Of a DNA stretch of 64,000 bases, positions 34,761-48,647 are shown piece by piece. The stretch comes from Podarcis vaucheri. Its lineage: Eukaryota. The notes below the pieces were generated by a model. It had not been told where the DNA came from. It worked only from the letters and a program-made list of their open reading frames with translations, and ran no database searches. The first letter of the stretch is position 1; each line of letters opens with the position of its first letter. The translations under genes were made by a program, and so were the position numbers. The stretch lies in assembly GCA_965113315.1 (NCBI GenBank), contig OZ220373.1; one strand, given 5' to 3'.

Positions 34761-36822
34761 ATGTCCTGTCATTGTTTGCTGTGGGTTTTGTGCTTTTTCT
34801 TTTTGGTCTTCACGCTGCTGCCTGTGTATAGATCTTGTCAGGGAGTGTCAGTCATCACGGGCAATTGTGTAGATAAAGGGTGAATGGAGGGGAAAGCTCA
34901 GCTGGAGAGCTTAAGTGCACACCTATGCGCAGGTTACGCCAGGTATGCGTTTTCCCACAGTACAGGAAACTTCGCCCACTTATGGTATGCGGAGGAGAGT
35001 AGCTCGCCGGATTCCATTGCAGCACTTTTCGCTTTAAAACGTGGGGAGCTTTTGGGGCGTCACAACAGAGGGAAAGTGGAAGTGGTTCGGAAGACCTGGG
35101 GAATAAATCTTTTGTGCATGGTTTTTGGTTTTGGTTTTTTTTGCCTGGAATGTAATAAAGTAGACCATGGACAATTTGTTTAGTACAATACTTCCTCATG
35201 CTTGTCAAGAATGATCTGTTGGCACTCATGACATTGGATGCTTTGAGAGAATGACATATGAATCTTTTAGGAAATTATTGGTAGTTTCAGGTTTTTAATG
35301 TGTGCTAATATTGTGACAAGTCAGGCTTTAATATTCCTTCTTATTATGGAGACTAGACATACAACCCACAGCTAATTAAAATTAACGACAGATCTTCTAA
35401 GCATGCTGTCCTAAGCCCACTTACCTGAGCGTAAATGCCCTTGAATTCAGTTGGATGATGTTCTGAGTAGACATGGTTAGGATTGTAGTGGAACATTTGG
35501 GCTGTATTATTGCAAAGTTTTATAGATCTTTTAAAAAAATCAGTTTTCTTCCCCCACCCTCAGTTAGTAATGTTTCTAATTGGAAAAGGAATTTAATTGG
35601 AAAAGGTTCATTTTTCTGATGCTAAAATGACAGTAGTAGGCTTTACTGCATTATTGGAAAAGGGTTTAGCATTTCACTTAAAAAAAAAAAAGTTCCTGGC
35701 TTTAAGAGCTTTACTTTTTAATGGTATTTCTGGCTTGAGGGCACCTCCTAAAATAAATCACAACTGTTTGAAGTTTGACAGTTCCCATCACACAAGATCA
35801 TCTCAAGTAAACCTGCAATTACTAAAAAAGAAAGAAACCAAAACAGCCATCCCTTCAATTTGCTGACCTTGAAAATTCTAGTGGATAGTTGTAAAATTGC
35901 AGAAAAGGGGTGGTGGTGGAATAATATACCCTGGGAGATCTGTGGGCAGAAGCAGGTAGCTACATTCATACAGTGATGGTTATCTGGATCCCAATTGACT
36001 GACAGTCTGTCAGTGTCTTGATAGAAACACAGGAGGGCCACTAGACTCAATATAAGGAAATGTGGTGGTATAAATATTCTAAACAAATAGGTATTGCATG
36101 TAACTGGTTTTGCGCAGCTGCAGGTGAATTGCGGCCACATGTAAGAGGCTACAGTGGGGTTTGCTTAGGTTGGAGAACAAAATATGTGCCCAGCATTGGA
36201 GCCATAGTTGAGAAATAAAAGCGACTGACTGCATTACTCAACACAGATGCATTTGTAGCACAGTTCTTCCTCAGAAGTAAGACCTATTCAATTCAGTTGG
36301 GGCTTAATCCCATTTCTGGATCAAGACTGCAGCCCTAACCTCCTTTACCTGGGAGCAAGCCCCAGTGAATTCAGTAGGACTTACTTGTGAGTAGACATGT
36401 TTAGGTTTTGATTGCAAGTCCTGCTGCTGATTAAGATAATTTGGGATAGGACTGCAGATTTAGTAACTTTATCCGATTCGTGCAAAATATTCAAATACTG
36501 ATTTCCACAGGGTGTTTTTGGGAGGGTTCCCATGACCCACAAGCCATATCTGGCCCATTGATTAATTTTATTTGGACTTCGGTTTCCATCTTTGGAAATG
36601 CAGAATTGGCCAGCTATCTGCTAGCCCAGTTTGTACTTTCAAATCTCTCCTCAGGTGGTAGGTTGGCCAGCCTCCCTCCTAAGAAAGCATGCATTTGAAA
36701 GCAGAGACCAGATTGGCCAACATCTGGCCCAGTTGATGCTTTGAAACATACACCAGGCAGCAACTCAGCATTGGACAGCCTCCCACCTGAAGCGAGCTTT
36801 GAAAGAAATCTCTGGCTTATAG

Positions 36823-36957
36823 CATGGGCGTAGCCAGGATTTTTGTTGGGGAGGGCAGGCTTTTGTTAGGGGGAGGAAAACCTCAGTTAAGTATTTTTAT
36901 TGATTTTTATTTAGTGGGGGGCAGCTGCCCCTGCCCCCCTCCTTGCCTATACCGATG
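36823..36957. mobile_element. hAT MITE
   Basis: CATGGGCGTAGCCAGG left end; perfect 8-bp TSD GCTTATAG. Confidence 0.8.
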
Positions 36958-39900
36958 GCTTATAGCAGGACTGACCCACACATTCAGTTCGGAATGTACT
37001 AAGAGGATAGGAAAAAAGGATCCCCCATTGCTAGAGGGAATTGATTAGGACATGCATACTTTTAATTCAATTAATATTAATTTTCTTTCTCAGTTCCTGT
37101 TTTATCTTAACATCTGAATCAATTAGCTGCTATTAGCAGGTGTAGATGAAAGGTAGTTGGTATTCTTAATTAGACTTGGGAATTCAAGTAGAAGCATAAT
37201 GAAGCAGCTGTGGATTGTCATATACAGATTGTGCTTATGGGCATGCTGATGGTAAGAACCACCCAGGGAGTCTTTGTGCATAAAAAGAGTTGAACCCAAT
37301 GCCTCTTGTTAGCTCTAAATTCTCCAGGCAGACACCTGAAGTAAACAATCATTTTTCTTGCATGTTCTGGAGTATTATTTTTTCCAGGAACGCGGTACTG
37401 TATAAACTTTGGGCTTCTAGTTTTGCAATCAATATGTCTTTAAATGAAACAGTAAGAATACACAGTCCTTTTCAAAATCACACATTATGCATTTGTGTAC
37501 AGACAAATCTCCAAGGCTTGGCAAAATGTGGCTGGCCTGCTACTGTGCCATAGACCTCCAGTCAACCTCTTTATCTCACTTCTGCCTCAGTTATGAGAAA
37601 TGACATAACTTGCAAGTTTAGCATCCTGGTATGTAAAACAAAGGTCTCTTGAGTCCTAACTGGCTACCAGTGATACCACTGAAAACCAAACATTGTGCCA
37701 GCAATCCACAGGTAAATCAACACTAAAGTGTCAGGCAAGGCCGTCAAAGTCAGGTAATCATGGGCGCTCAAGATTGTATTAAGATCTTGTGCCTAAATCT
37801 ACTTCAGCAGCATAATGTTAATTGCAGGGACTAAATGTAGGCCAACACAGGGCCATTCCTGCTGGTAGGTAGCGTAGAGTGGCTCTCTCATGTGGCTGAT
37901 GCTGTGTTTGTATGTGTCACGTGGCTGCCCTGCACCTTTCCCCAACCAACCTGTTGCCCTCTAGCATGGTGGAGTATGCTATCCCATTGCCAATCACATT
38001 CAAGTGCAGTTGGCACCTCTATACTGAATGAAGACACACCAATGTTGTTTTCATTGGGCAGCATCATAGTCTTGGCATGGCCCTGGTGCACATATGGTTT
38101 GTGTGTTAAACAACCAAACATACCAAAAGGGTTGTGACAGATATACACCTGGGCCATTTTGATTGGTTTTAAGTGACTTATTAAATGCAAAAGGGATAAA
38201 ATGAACAAGATAAGAAGTTGTTGGGCTTCAGCTCTCATCAGTCACAGCCAGCACAGCCAGTGCTAGGGGATGATGGGAACTGGAAGTCAGCAATATTGGA
38301 AAGGCCACAGATTCTTCATCTCTCTTATAAACAGGGCAGTCAGATAGCCAACCAGTTGTGTGCTTTTATCAGCAGAGCTTCAAACTGATACCATTTGTGG
38401 AGTAATACACAGCGATAATTTTCAGAATCTGGAGTATGTGATACTGCACATATGTGCTCATTCACAGTGGATGAAGCAAAGCATAACAATTTTTTTATTT
38501 GCTTCCAGAAACTGGATGCAAATCTCATTGAAATAGCAGGTGTTGTCTTCCTGCATGTTTTGAAGAGGGAAGGCTGCCTAGGTGCCTTCAGTGACCTGAT
38601 GGGATTTTCTCTTGTGGTTGCAACATTTCCGGCATCCTCTTGTGCAAAGTGCAAGTTACAATTATATGTTTGTATCTTGTGAGCTAAGAACATATTACTG
38701 TATCTTGTATTTATAAATTGCTGTGTGTTTTATCCTGGCCAAATAGAAACATTGCATGGCTACATAATGGCAAATGTGTGCTATACCAAATGTCTCAGTA
38801 TCTGAAAATTATTGCTACATACAAGTCAACAAAGGATGAAGTCAGTCATGAAAAAAGTGAAGGACTGGCATGAACAGTTGTGGTATGCACCATACTAATA
38901 GCAATGTTTCTTTGTAATCCACGAAATGATACAAAATTGCATTTTTGTGCCTTCTGTTAATTTGCAAGCAACTTTGTAACAGCTGCACATTTAACAATAC
39001 TGCTTTTATTTATTTATTTAATAGCTCCCTTTTGATCCCTCCCTCCAAATTTTCCAATCTAACCAAATTTTTATAATTTTTTTATTTTTATTTACTGGGG
39101 CTGGAAATACAGAGAATAAAATATTTTGTTAGGATCCAGGCCAATGTTCTGTAATTAGGCTTCTATGAACAGGAAACAAATCCATCTATAGGAGTGTATG
39201 GGAGAGACATTGATTCCCTCCAGTAGCACTGCTTGCTCTGCTCCAGAGGGTCCCCCAACTCTTTGGAGCAGATTTTTAGGGGGTACAAGTGCCTGAAGGA
39301 AGCCCCCCTGCTTCCACTGGCAGGAGCATCGTGTAAGTGGAAACTCTACTTGGGATGCTCCTGTCATCAGAAGCAAATCAGATTTTGTGGAATGAGAAGG
39401 TTGTCCATGGACCCGAGTTCTGATAAAGATGTTCAGCTTTGTGGGTGAGGTAATACTTTATGTACAGTGTCAATTGACATTTGAACTTTCCTTCATCTCT
39501 TGCTGTGGGACACTTCTCTTTCAACACACCTTCAAAGTTGAGTTTGTTTTCCCATTTGGCATCTGTATTGGATTGGAAAGTTATTTTATATATGCAGTTA
39601 TAGTTTTTGTTGCTTTATACTGTCAAAGTTTTATGTGTAATCCCCCCCCCAGATGCCTCATAGGAAGTGATTTATAAATCTGTTGTTGTTGTTGTCGTTA
39701 ACATCCCATCACCAGGGAAGTCTTCATGTGTCTGCTCCAAAGATAATAGAAGTCAATGAGAGAAGTCTTGAACATGTTCCAAATACATTTTAGCTTCTGT
39801 CTTTACGGAGGTCTGTGCCTCCCAGTTTATGAGGCTTACCTTGACTGATCAAGGAGTCAGAGCTGACAGGTGTGGCCATGAAAGAACATGCTTTTATGGC

Positions 39901-42186
39901 ATTTCAGTCTGCTTCATTGAACGCTATTGTTCATGCTTGTGAAGAAAATTGAAAACGCTGTTCACTGGAATGTCGTGTTCAAAAGCTATCCAACTTTAGC
40001 CTCTCGAATTTTTCTTTTGATTTGCTGTGGTTTTACAAGCTAAGAAATTACTTGTACTCCTTAGACTGTTGTTAATAGCTCTCCATTTATTTGGGTATGT
40101 TAAGAAAGTGTGGTTCTAGTTAAACATCAGGTACTACTTTTGGTACAGTAATAACATCAATAGCCAGATAAATGTTGGACTTTGGATTTGTGCCGCCGCC
40201 TTTGCATTGATTCTCCACCCAAAGAAAATACAGGTTCAAGTTACAAAATTCTGTGACTGAATGCAGCACATTCCTATAGCTGTATGCTGCTCTTTAGATA
40301 GAAATCTTACTTACATTGGTGGGAAAGCTGTGTTACATCTGTGACAATTTATGACTCTTTAGAATTTTTATAGCTGGATCATAGTGATGCAGAATGACTG
40401 ACTTAGGGCTAGTTCACACATGTATCTCCAGCACTTATTGACTGTAGCATCATGCAATGACTTGGATTTATGAATGAGCCACCACAGACTCATCACCAAT
40501 AATAGACCCATCACCTAAGGTTCACTCTAAGTTTATTACTGTCCAATGGAGATAGTTCAGTTGTCTTTTTTAGAGGCATCAAATGATAACATATCAAGTG
40601 GTGTATATGTGAACAAGCCTCACAAAATAGTTCCTTAAATGAAAAGCTCTCTAGGGAAGCATGGTGCACTGGAAGAGGAAGTGAATATGTTTCCCACGTA
40701 AGAGCCAATGTAGCATTGTGATTATACTGTAAGACTAGTACAAGGAAGACCAAGGTTCAAATTCTGGATCAACCATGAAGCTTACTAGACAAGCTTGCCC
40801 AAAGTCAGGCAATATATTCCACTGATGTAGTGAGGATAAAGCAGTAGGGAATCATACACACCGTATTGAGCTTGTTGGGTATATATGCAATAAAACAAGA
40901 TGTAGGGGTATATAGATGCAGCATCAATGGATGGCATAGGTCTTGGATATACCAACTGGAATTCTTGGTTGGATGGGTTTGTGTGCATGCAGAAGATCAA
41001 GTATGTTTATGGCATGATTTCACAAAGTTTTAAAAGTGCTAGTTCAAAAGCAAATGCAAACACCTTGTGAAATATTAATACCTAAAATAGTGTGTGTTGT
41101 AGAGGCGTACACATGCTGCAAGCTATTTCCTCCTTTTAATTAGAGCATTAGGTGCTGGTTTAGCTGATTAGAGAGTTCAGCACATAATTCCTGAAATGTG
41201 TGCTTCGCAGGAAAAGCATTCATGCAAGGGGAGATACTATCTCCTGTGGGTTGAAGTCTCCATTATATGCACAGGACTGTTGAAGTGACACAATATAAAG
41301 CCCTCTGTGGTTATACGTTTTGTATTATAGAAATGCTGCATCTTATACACTGTATCCTATATCATTCTCAGCACCAGAACAGTTACAGGCAAATACAGTG
41401 CAATTTATTTGCAAGATTGCAAATGGTACATGTGTACAGTACAATTTTTTGTAGAACTGCAGTTTGTTGGACTGATATAGTAGATTTATTATGGTAGATT
41501 ATTATGATTGTTTTTGCTGTCAGGTAGCCTCCTTATTCACATGAAGCTACATCACCAAGGATGTGCAATGGGGTAGAGCACCAGCACCTTTCGTTCAGTA
41601 GGGATGAGATGAAGAAGAGGTAAAATTGGGGGGGGGGAGAGATCCAAGGTTGGCAGCAGAGGCCGTGCTGGTGTGCACACAGCACCGGGCTGCTACCAAC
41701 TTAACTCTTCTTTAATCTTGCTGCCACTGCACCTGTCCCATCCCTCTCCAGGTGAGCAAGCAGCAGTGCCACACGGTGCCTCCCCTGTGCATCACCTCTG
41801 GGTCACACAGTGGATGTGCCTGCTTAGTTAGGATGTACATTTCTTGTCAAGCTATGGGCCTGATGATTATCTTAGTGTGTGAGCTGCCTCATACAGGTTA
41901 AGAGGACCTTTCAAGTATCCTGGTCCCATGCCATATAAGTCATGAATGGGGAGCCTGAGGTTCTCCAGAAGTTGTTGGGCCTTCAACTTCCATCAGCCTA
42001 AACCTGCATGGACAGTGATCAGGGATGATGGGGAGTTGTGGCTCAACAATTTTTGGAGACATACAACTGTCATCATTCCTGACCTCTGGCCATTCCCCAT
42101 CATCACTGATGTAAGCCTCTAGGGGTCATGACCAGTGGTTTGTGCAGTGCCTTCACACCATCCCTGCACTCCTTCCTTTTTGGCAC

Positions 42187-42438
42187 ACCTAGGGCTTGCC
42201 TAGCAGTTCGAAAGCACCCCCGGGGGCAAGTAGATAAATAGGTACCGCTTACCAGCGGGAAGGTAAACGGCGTTCCGTGTGCGGCTCTGGCTCGCCAGAG
42301 CAGCGTTGTCACGCTGGCCACGTGACCCGGAAGTGTCTTCGGACAGCGCTGGCCCCCGGCCAATAGATGGGCGCACAAACCCCAGAGTCTGTCAAGACTG
42401 GCCCGTTCGGGCAGGGGTACCTTTACCTTTACCTTTAC
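42187..42438 (+). mobile_element. Sauria SINE, 5'-truncated with an internal deletion
   Basis: Body near-identical to 48404-48647; (ACCTTT)n tail. Confidence 0.9.
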
Positions 42439-42729
42439 AGTTTCCTGTTATTTCCCACCTAGGAGACTAGGAGTACCAGGATTTTTAGTGAATTTGGATC
42501 TTAAACAAATTAAAAACTGTATTTTCAGATCCTGACCTGTTCAAAACATAGTGATCATAGGCTTTGGATTCACATGGTATAGAAAGGGATATTTCTCTGC
42601 AAGAAATAGAAGTCCAAAGTTTTAGTGGGTGTGGAGAGAAATAGGTTTGTACTTCATGGGTCATGGCCAATATCTTGGCTGTATCATTTGTTTGCTTTAA
42701 TTTACAGTTTGTCTTTATGTTTCCTACAG

Positions 42730-42789
42730 CGTGGGCCTAAAAATGCAAGTGGATCATCGGGAGATAAAAAAGGAGCAGAAGCAGTGGAG
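42730..42789 (+). CDS. CAST: CAST exon 1y: RGPKNASGSSGDKKGAEAVE
   Basis: Pyrimidine tract plus CTACAG acceptor, 60 nt, donor GAG|GTAACT. GDKKG resembles mammalian GEKKG. Confidence 0.88.
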
Positions 42790-45721
42790 GTAACTATAAA
42801 GCATTATGTTTTTATTACTAGGATTATGTTACAGTAATGAATTTTGACCAAAATCATTGTGCTAGTCAAGGCAGCTAACAAACTCAAAATGCATAAATAA
42901 TTCCTATTTTTCTGTGTGCAATGACTTCTAATTGCTATTTTATAAAATGTTTACTGGTGAAGGCTCTCACAACGTACTGTTTGCTTAGATTTCATGATTT
43001 GAAAATAGCAACAAGTAATATTGCTTTGTTTGCCATAATTTAGAAGATCAAAAGAGTGATGAAGCGCTACATAAATATTTGCAGCTCAATATCTGTAACT
43101 GAACCCAGTTGTAATTTCAATAGTGTGGGAAGGAAACATAGTGTGGGGGAGAGCGAGGAAGCTGAGAGGTACAACAGAGCAAACTGCTTTGTTTAATGAT
43201 TCCTACCTAGAGCACTGTAACAGGATTCTCTCAGTTCAGAAGAGCAGCAATCTGACATTTCAGCCACACCAGCCATCATGTCACCTAAATCTCTGAGACT
43301 TCCTGACTAAATGGCAATTTGCTTGTAACGTGATCTCTTGTGCCTTTCATTAGACAGATGAGTAGATATTGTATTGCCTGAAGAACAAGGGCTGCTGTAA
43401 TGCATCTCCTCTGACTTTGTCAACTCAATCCTTTCATCATCTAAGTTTTTTTTCAGCTTACCTGCATAAAGCAGGGTGTTGTGCTGTGTTGAATTCCGAG
43501 TTCCTGAAGACACAGAAACTGGAAATGCATGAATAACTGTTTATAGACAGTGGGTGGAATTGAATGTAGGGCTATGCCAACATTTCCGTCAGTGTAAGCA
43601 TTTTAGCTTGCCGAGCAGAAATCCCATTGCACGATTGGAAGTCCTTGTGTGGACTTTTGTTGGCAGTACTCATTAGCTGAGTCCGGCGTAAATAGGTTCT
43701 ATGTTTCCAGCTAAGTCATGCTCACAGTAGACCTGCAAGCCCACTAATTTCAATGGTTCTACACAGTGTACGACTTGGGTGGATATGACTATTATGTTGG
43801 CATATCATGGATCAGCCATTGTATTGTACTTTCAAAGAAGAAAATCCTGAGAGCTTAATTATGAAAACAACTTGACACACTTGCATTTCCATTGTATTGA
43901 ACATACATAAGTATAAGAAAGTTATCAAACATTACTAGGAATCATTACTGGCCCCAGTCCAGGGAGGCTACACAGCCACTGGAGACCTTCCACTCCCTGC
44001 TCTAAGTTGAGATTAGTGTTCTCGGTTAAGGAATGGGCACATGCAGCATCTTTCTAACTTAGCCATTTCTGTCTACCTTTTCTATCTCCTCATTCTGCAC
44101 TGTCAAAGTGGATAATCCACTGGTAGGTGGTATGTGCACAGAGTAGCAGTAATATACATGCACTGTAGATACTTCCTTTTCTGTGTCAAGTTTGGAATGC
44201 TTTGCCTTGTACGTTGCTTACTTTCAAGGAGGAGTTGGGCACTATCTACTTGTCTGAATAACATTGGCAGTGCTATGTTTTTGCCTCCTGAACCAATCTC
44301 CCCTGCTTCATGCCAATTTTTACTCCTTGATTTGGAAACCGCACAATTTGTGGTAATGGTGGTGGGAGTAAAAGGGCAAAACAATTCTGGTTGGAACATT
44401 TCTATTCCAGGGCCCTTGCTGAAAGGCCAGCATGAGTGCTCCTATTTCAAAAGAAGTTTGAGCCCAATTCTTCTAGGAAGGTGTGCAATCATAATATTAT
44501 TTCTATGCAATTTGCTATTCTCTTAAAATGTCAAACTTTGAATGAATGACTAGCATCCCAAGCTAAAATTTACAGGCAGGAGTGCCAGTTGGCCCTGAGA
44601 CTGGGCCGTGGGTGCCATGCAGTGTGCATGGCCCTGGCACTGAAATTTCTGGGTGCCCAGCCTCTTCATGGGGAATTTTTTGGGTGTTCGGGCACCCAGG
44701 TCCCCAGGGAGCTGGCACCTATGTTTGCAGGGTTATGTATCCATGGCATCACTCTCAGCAGTCTCCTGAACAGGGCAACTGGTTCAGCCTGTATGTTTCA
44801 CTGGCCTGGCATCTTCCCCCCATACTCCCAAAATTGGCTAAATTCTACCCCATTACTAAATTTAGGATTATGGGGAGTCTGCCCCCCCCAAATCATAACA
44901 GTATTATAGCAGTTAATATACCACCTTTCAGTAGAAATGCACAGAGCGGCTTGCATAAGAGATGCCTTTTTGGAGTTAGCATCTGTTGGTTATCAGACAG
45001 TTAGTTTATTTTGTTTATATCCCACCTTTTCATCCAAGGAACTCAAGGTTGCCTACATGGATCTATCTCCTCATTTAATTCCAACCGCCCTGTGTGGTAG
45101 GTTAGGTTGAGACCTTGACTGGCCCAAGGTTACCCAGCGAGCTTCATATTGTTGTGGCACCATCCATCACATCATTAATAGACACAGTCCTTAAATTGAT
45201 CATTAACTATAAGATGCTAGGAGAATGGGTGCTAAATCATTTCCGTGATGCTGTTTGTAGTGTTAGATGTTTTTTTCTGATATATGCAATCTTACAGGGA
45301 AGTCAGTGCAGCAATGAATTTTTATATATCTAAATAATTTATGTAATACATAGTATATGGTCCAGCCAATGCTAAACACTTGTAAGCTGGGAATGACTAC
45401 CTGCACTGGTTAAAGATATCATTAATGCCTCGTTGAGGGAATGGTGCTATCTTTACTGAAGGAGGCCATGGGTGATGTGCTGTCTACAGTCTCACTTGAC
45501 CAGAGCAGCTTGGAAAATCTCCAATTCAGATTGGAAGCACAAGTCACGGACATGTGTCACCTTTTTTTGTTACACTCTAAAACATCATCTGGGATGTTTG
45601 ATGTTGTTACAGTGTTAGTATATTATTTACTATTCTTGGGAAAAGCTCCAAGCATTGCTGGGTTAAGTAGATTTCTTAAGGCTGTTTCACACTAGGTTTG
45701 GATGGAAATTGTTTGGCAGGT

Positions 45722-45842
45722 ATTATTATTATTAATACCCCACCCATCTGGCTGGGTTTCCTGAGCCATTCTGGGAGGCTTACAGCATATCTAAAAACAT
45801 AAAACATCAAGCATTAAAAACTTCCTGATACAGGGTTGCCTT
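45722..45842 (-). mobile_element. L2 3'-tail fragment
   Basis: ATACCCCACCCATCTGGCTGGGTTTCC, as in the other L2 tails. Confidence 0.65.
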
Positions 45843-46900
45843 GTTATTAATTTGATTTATTCACCCTAAGGTCCCAGGATGGGTCACAACAGTTTGAAAT
45901 AGAACATTAAAAACAATTTAAAGCAACTTACAACCACAAAAATAGGGTGTGTCTTAAAAATATGCATCTTAAGGAGACTCTTCATGAGCTAGGCACCAGT
46001 GTGAATATCATGGAAATGTTTGGAGAAGGGCAGCTCTGTGTGTTAACTTGACACCCAGTGTGAAAAACCACCAGCTCAGCCTGGTCTCATTGACATGTTT
46101 GAGTTCTTGAATGAGATAGTAATTAAGTGACTCCAAGGTTTTCATGCAGGTTGGATGAGAGTGGGAGAGAAGGGTTTAAAAAATATTGTGACCAGAGGAT
46201 AAATTGTCTACATGTGTGTCTGCAGATCTGCCTGCCTGTTTTCATGTTAAGATGCTGGAACTTTGACAGAGAAGGGCAATTAATTAATTATGTTTGCATT
46301 GACTTTTTGCACCATTCTTAGTTTTCATCTTTCAATCCATCCTGTGTTATTAATATAGGAGAAAATATGTATTTATAATAAAAGGCTAAAAGCCAGGAGA
46401 AGCTCTTTGTACTTGATTGTCAAGGCAATGTCCTGTTTATAGAGACCTACTTATTTATAGAGCTGGCCCATGTGAGAACATTTCATGTGTAGTATTAACA
46501 GTGGTGCACTTTCAGTTTTCTGTGCCCCGCACCACTTGTGTTCCATTCTACGCCACCCTAAAACTGCCTCTGGTATCAACTATTATTTGCCATGATGGCA
46601 GGCATCATTTACTGATGCAATCATTTCCCCTTTAGTTGTAAATTGGAAACCTGCTTCCAACCATGGTTTTCAATCCGTCACCAGAAGTCCCTGCCATGGT
46701 TTGCTGATTTTTTCCAATTATGACAAACCCTTGGTTAATACTGAGAAGGAAATTGAAAGGGGAAGACATAGCTCATTCACAGTCTTGAATTGAGTCTGTG
46801 CACCAGACTCTAAGCTGACTATATGGTGAGCAGAGCACAAATTTTTGCATCCCTTCCCAGGGAAAGTATTTATCCAGGATAACAGCAGAATTGTTATTCA

Positions 46901-47088
46901 GGAAGGGACATAGCTCAGTGGTAGAGCATCTGCTTTGCCTATAGAAGGTCCCATGTTCAATCCCTAGTATCTCCTGGTAGGACTGGGAATGTTCCCTGCC
47001 TGGAGAGTCACTGTCAGTTGGTGTAGTGATACTTAACTAGAAGGACCAATGGTCTGATTCAGTTTAAGGCAGTTTTCTATGTTCCTAT
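46901..47088 (+). mobile_element. tRNA-derived SINE (family name not assigned)
   Basis: TAGCTCAGTGGTAGAGC A box, GTTCAATCCC B box, tail GGACCAATGGTCTGATTCAG...CTATGTTCCTA. Confidence 0.75.
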
Positions 47089-47293
47089 TCATATTCATAC
47101 TTTCACATAGTACCCAAAGATTGCTAGTGAGTGAATTAAAGTAATTGCACTTTAGTAAAATGCTGACTGCAAATCAGTATATCATCAACATGGCAAGAAA
47201 AAAGCTCTGAAAATAGGATGCAACATCTATCTTTATTGAAGATTTTCCCTACAGCATTAGTGTTTTACTTTTCAATATTTTTTTGTCTTGTAG

Positions 47294-47365
47294 AAGAAAC
47301 CTGAAAGTGCTAGCCTTACTGAATCTCCTAAAACACAAACAAGTGGGACATCTTCCATCAGTAAG
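47294..47365 (+). CDS. CAST: CAST exon 1z: KKPESASLTESPKTQTSGTSSISK
   Basis: TTTTGTCTTGTAG acceptor, 72 nt, donor AAG|GTAACT. Begins KK and ends K like the mammalian exon. Confidence 0.88.
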
Positions 47366-48288
47366 GTAACTTGAGTGGTTATAGAACTGTTCGTCATATT
47401 CCTGGAAGCATGACCGGCAAATGCTTTACTAATTATCTAATCTTGAATGTTTATGCTGGTGTCATCTGTCTTTAAATTGACTGTGGGTTCTTATAGTGTT
47501 GACAGATTGTTGGAAGCTGACTTTGGAGGGTTTGAACCTAAAATGTGGCTCATACATATTTTAAATTAATAATATAGATGAGTGGTATATCAGTCAACTG
47601 AAACTTCAATGTTCTCAGTGATTCAGCCACTTTAAGTGTGCGTTTTAAGGCTATGTGCATTGGATTCATATGAATCCTGAAGTGTAATGTAATGCATCAG
47701 ATGGATCTTCTGCCTCCCTGAGGTGAATCAGGATCTGTACAAGTCAATCCAACAATGATTTAAAAAGTGCCCTATTCAACAGAATAAGTAGGAGGGCCTT
47801 GTGGATATTTGGCATATCAGAGGCAAAGCAGAATCTCTGGAAGGGAGCACAGAAGCTAAAACAGTGGCCCCTGAAGTGAGTTGTGATGCCTTGACAATAC
47901 AGGTGTCACCACTCCTCCACTCCCCACAAAAGGCTGCAGACAGGCTTCTGCTGAAACCAAAAGTAATGTCTCTTAAATTTGCCATAATGATGGTGAAGCA
48001 ATGGGAGAAGGGCGAGCAAACACCAGAGTGGAGATTTTCTGTCAAATTGCCCATGAAACACTAGAGAAGATTAAGCAAGTCTTTTTTTCTTTTTCTTTTT
48101 TACCCCTTCCAAAACTGTAATGGCTGTCCCTGTGGGAAAATGACAAATTACAGAATGATGTCTGCCGTGAGGATTTATGCCTCTGGAAGGTGTGACCTTA
48201 CCTGCAAATTTCATCAAAATTCACCCCAAAATAAAAAGGGTTTTAGACATTTCCTTAAAAAATAAAATAAATCAAAGGTATCTAGCAC

Positions 48289-48647
48289 GCGGGTGGCGCT
48301 GTGGGCTAAAGCCTCAACGCCTAGGGCTTGCCGATCGAAAGGTCGGCAGTTCGAATCCCCGCGGCGGGGTGCGCTCCCGCTGTTCGGTCCCAGCGCCTGC
48401 CCACCTAGCAGTTCGAAAGCACCCCCGGGTGCAAGTAGATAAATAGGTACCGCTTACCAGCGGGAAGGTAAACGGCGTTCCGTGTGCGGCTCTGGCTCGC
48501 CAGAGCAGCGATGTCACGCTGGCCACGTGACCCGGAAGTGTCCCCGGACAGCGCTGGCCCCCGGCCAATAAATGTGAGATGGGCGCACAAACCCCACAGT
48601 CTGTCAAGACTGGCCCGTTCGGGCAGGGGTACCTTTACCTTTACCTT
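48289..48647 (+). mobile_element. Sauria SINE, young, near full length
   Basis: A and B boxes, CpGs intact, (ACCTTT)n tail, 10-bp TSD TATCTAGCAC. Confidence 0.95.

Noticed and set aside
46901-46975. tRNA gene
   Set aside because: The anticodon arm is degenerate and is followed by a SINE body shared with other copies.
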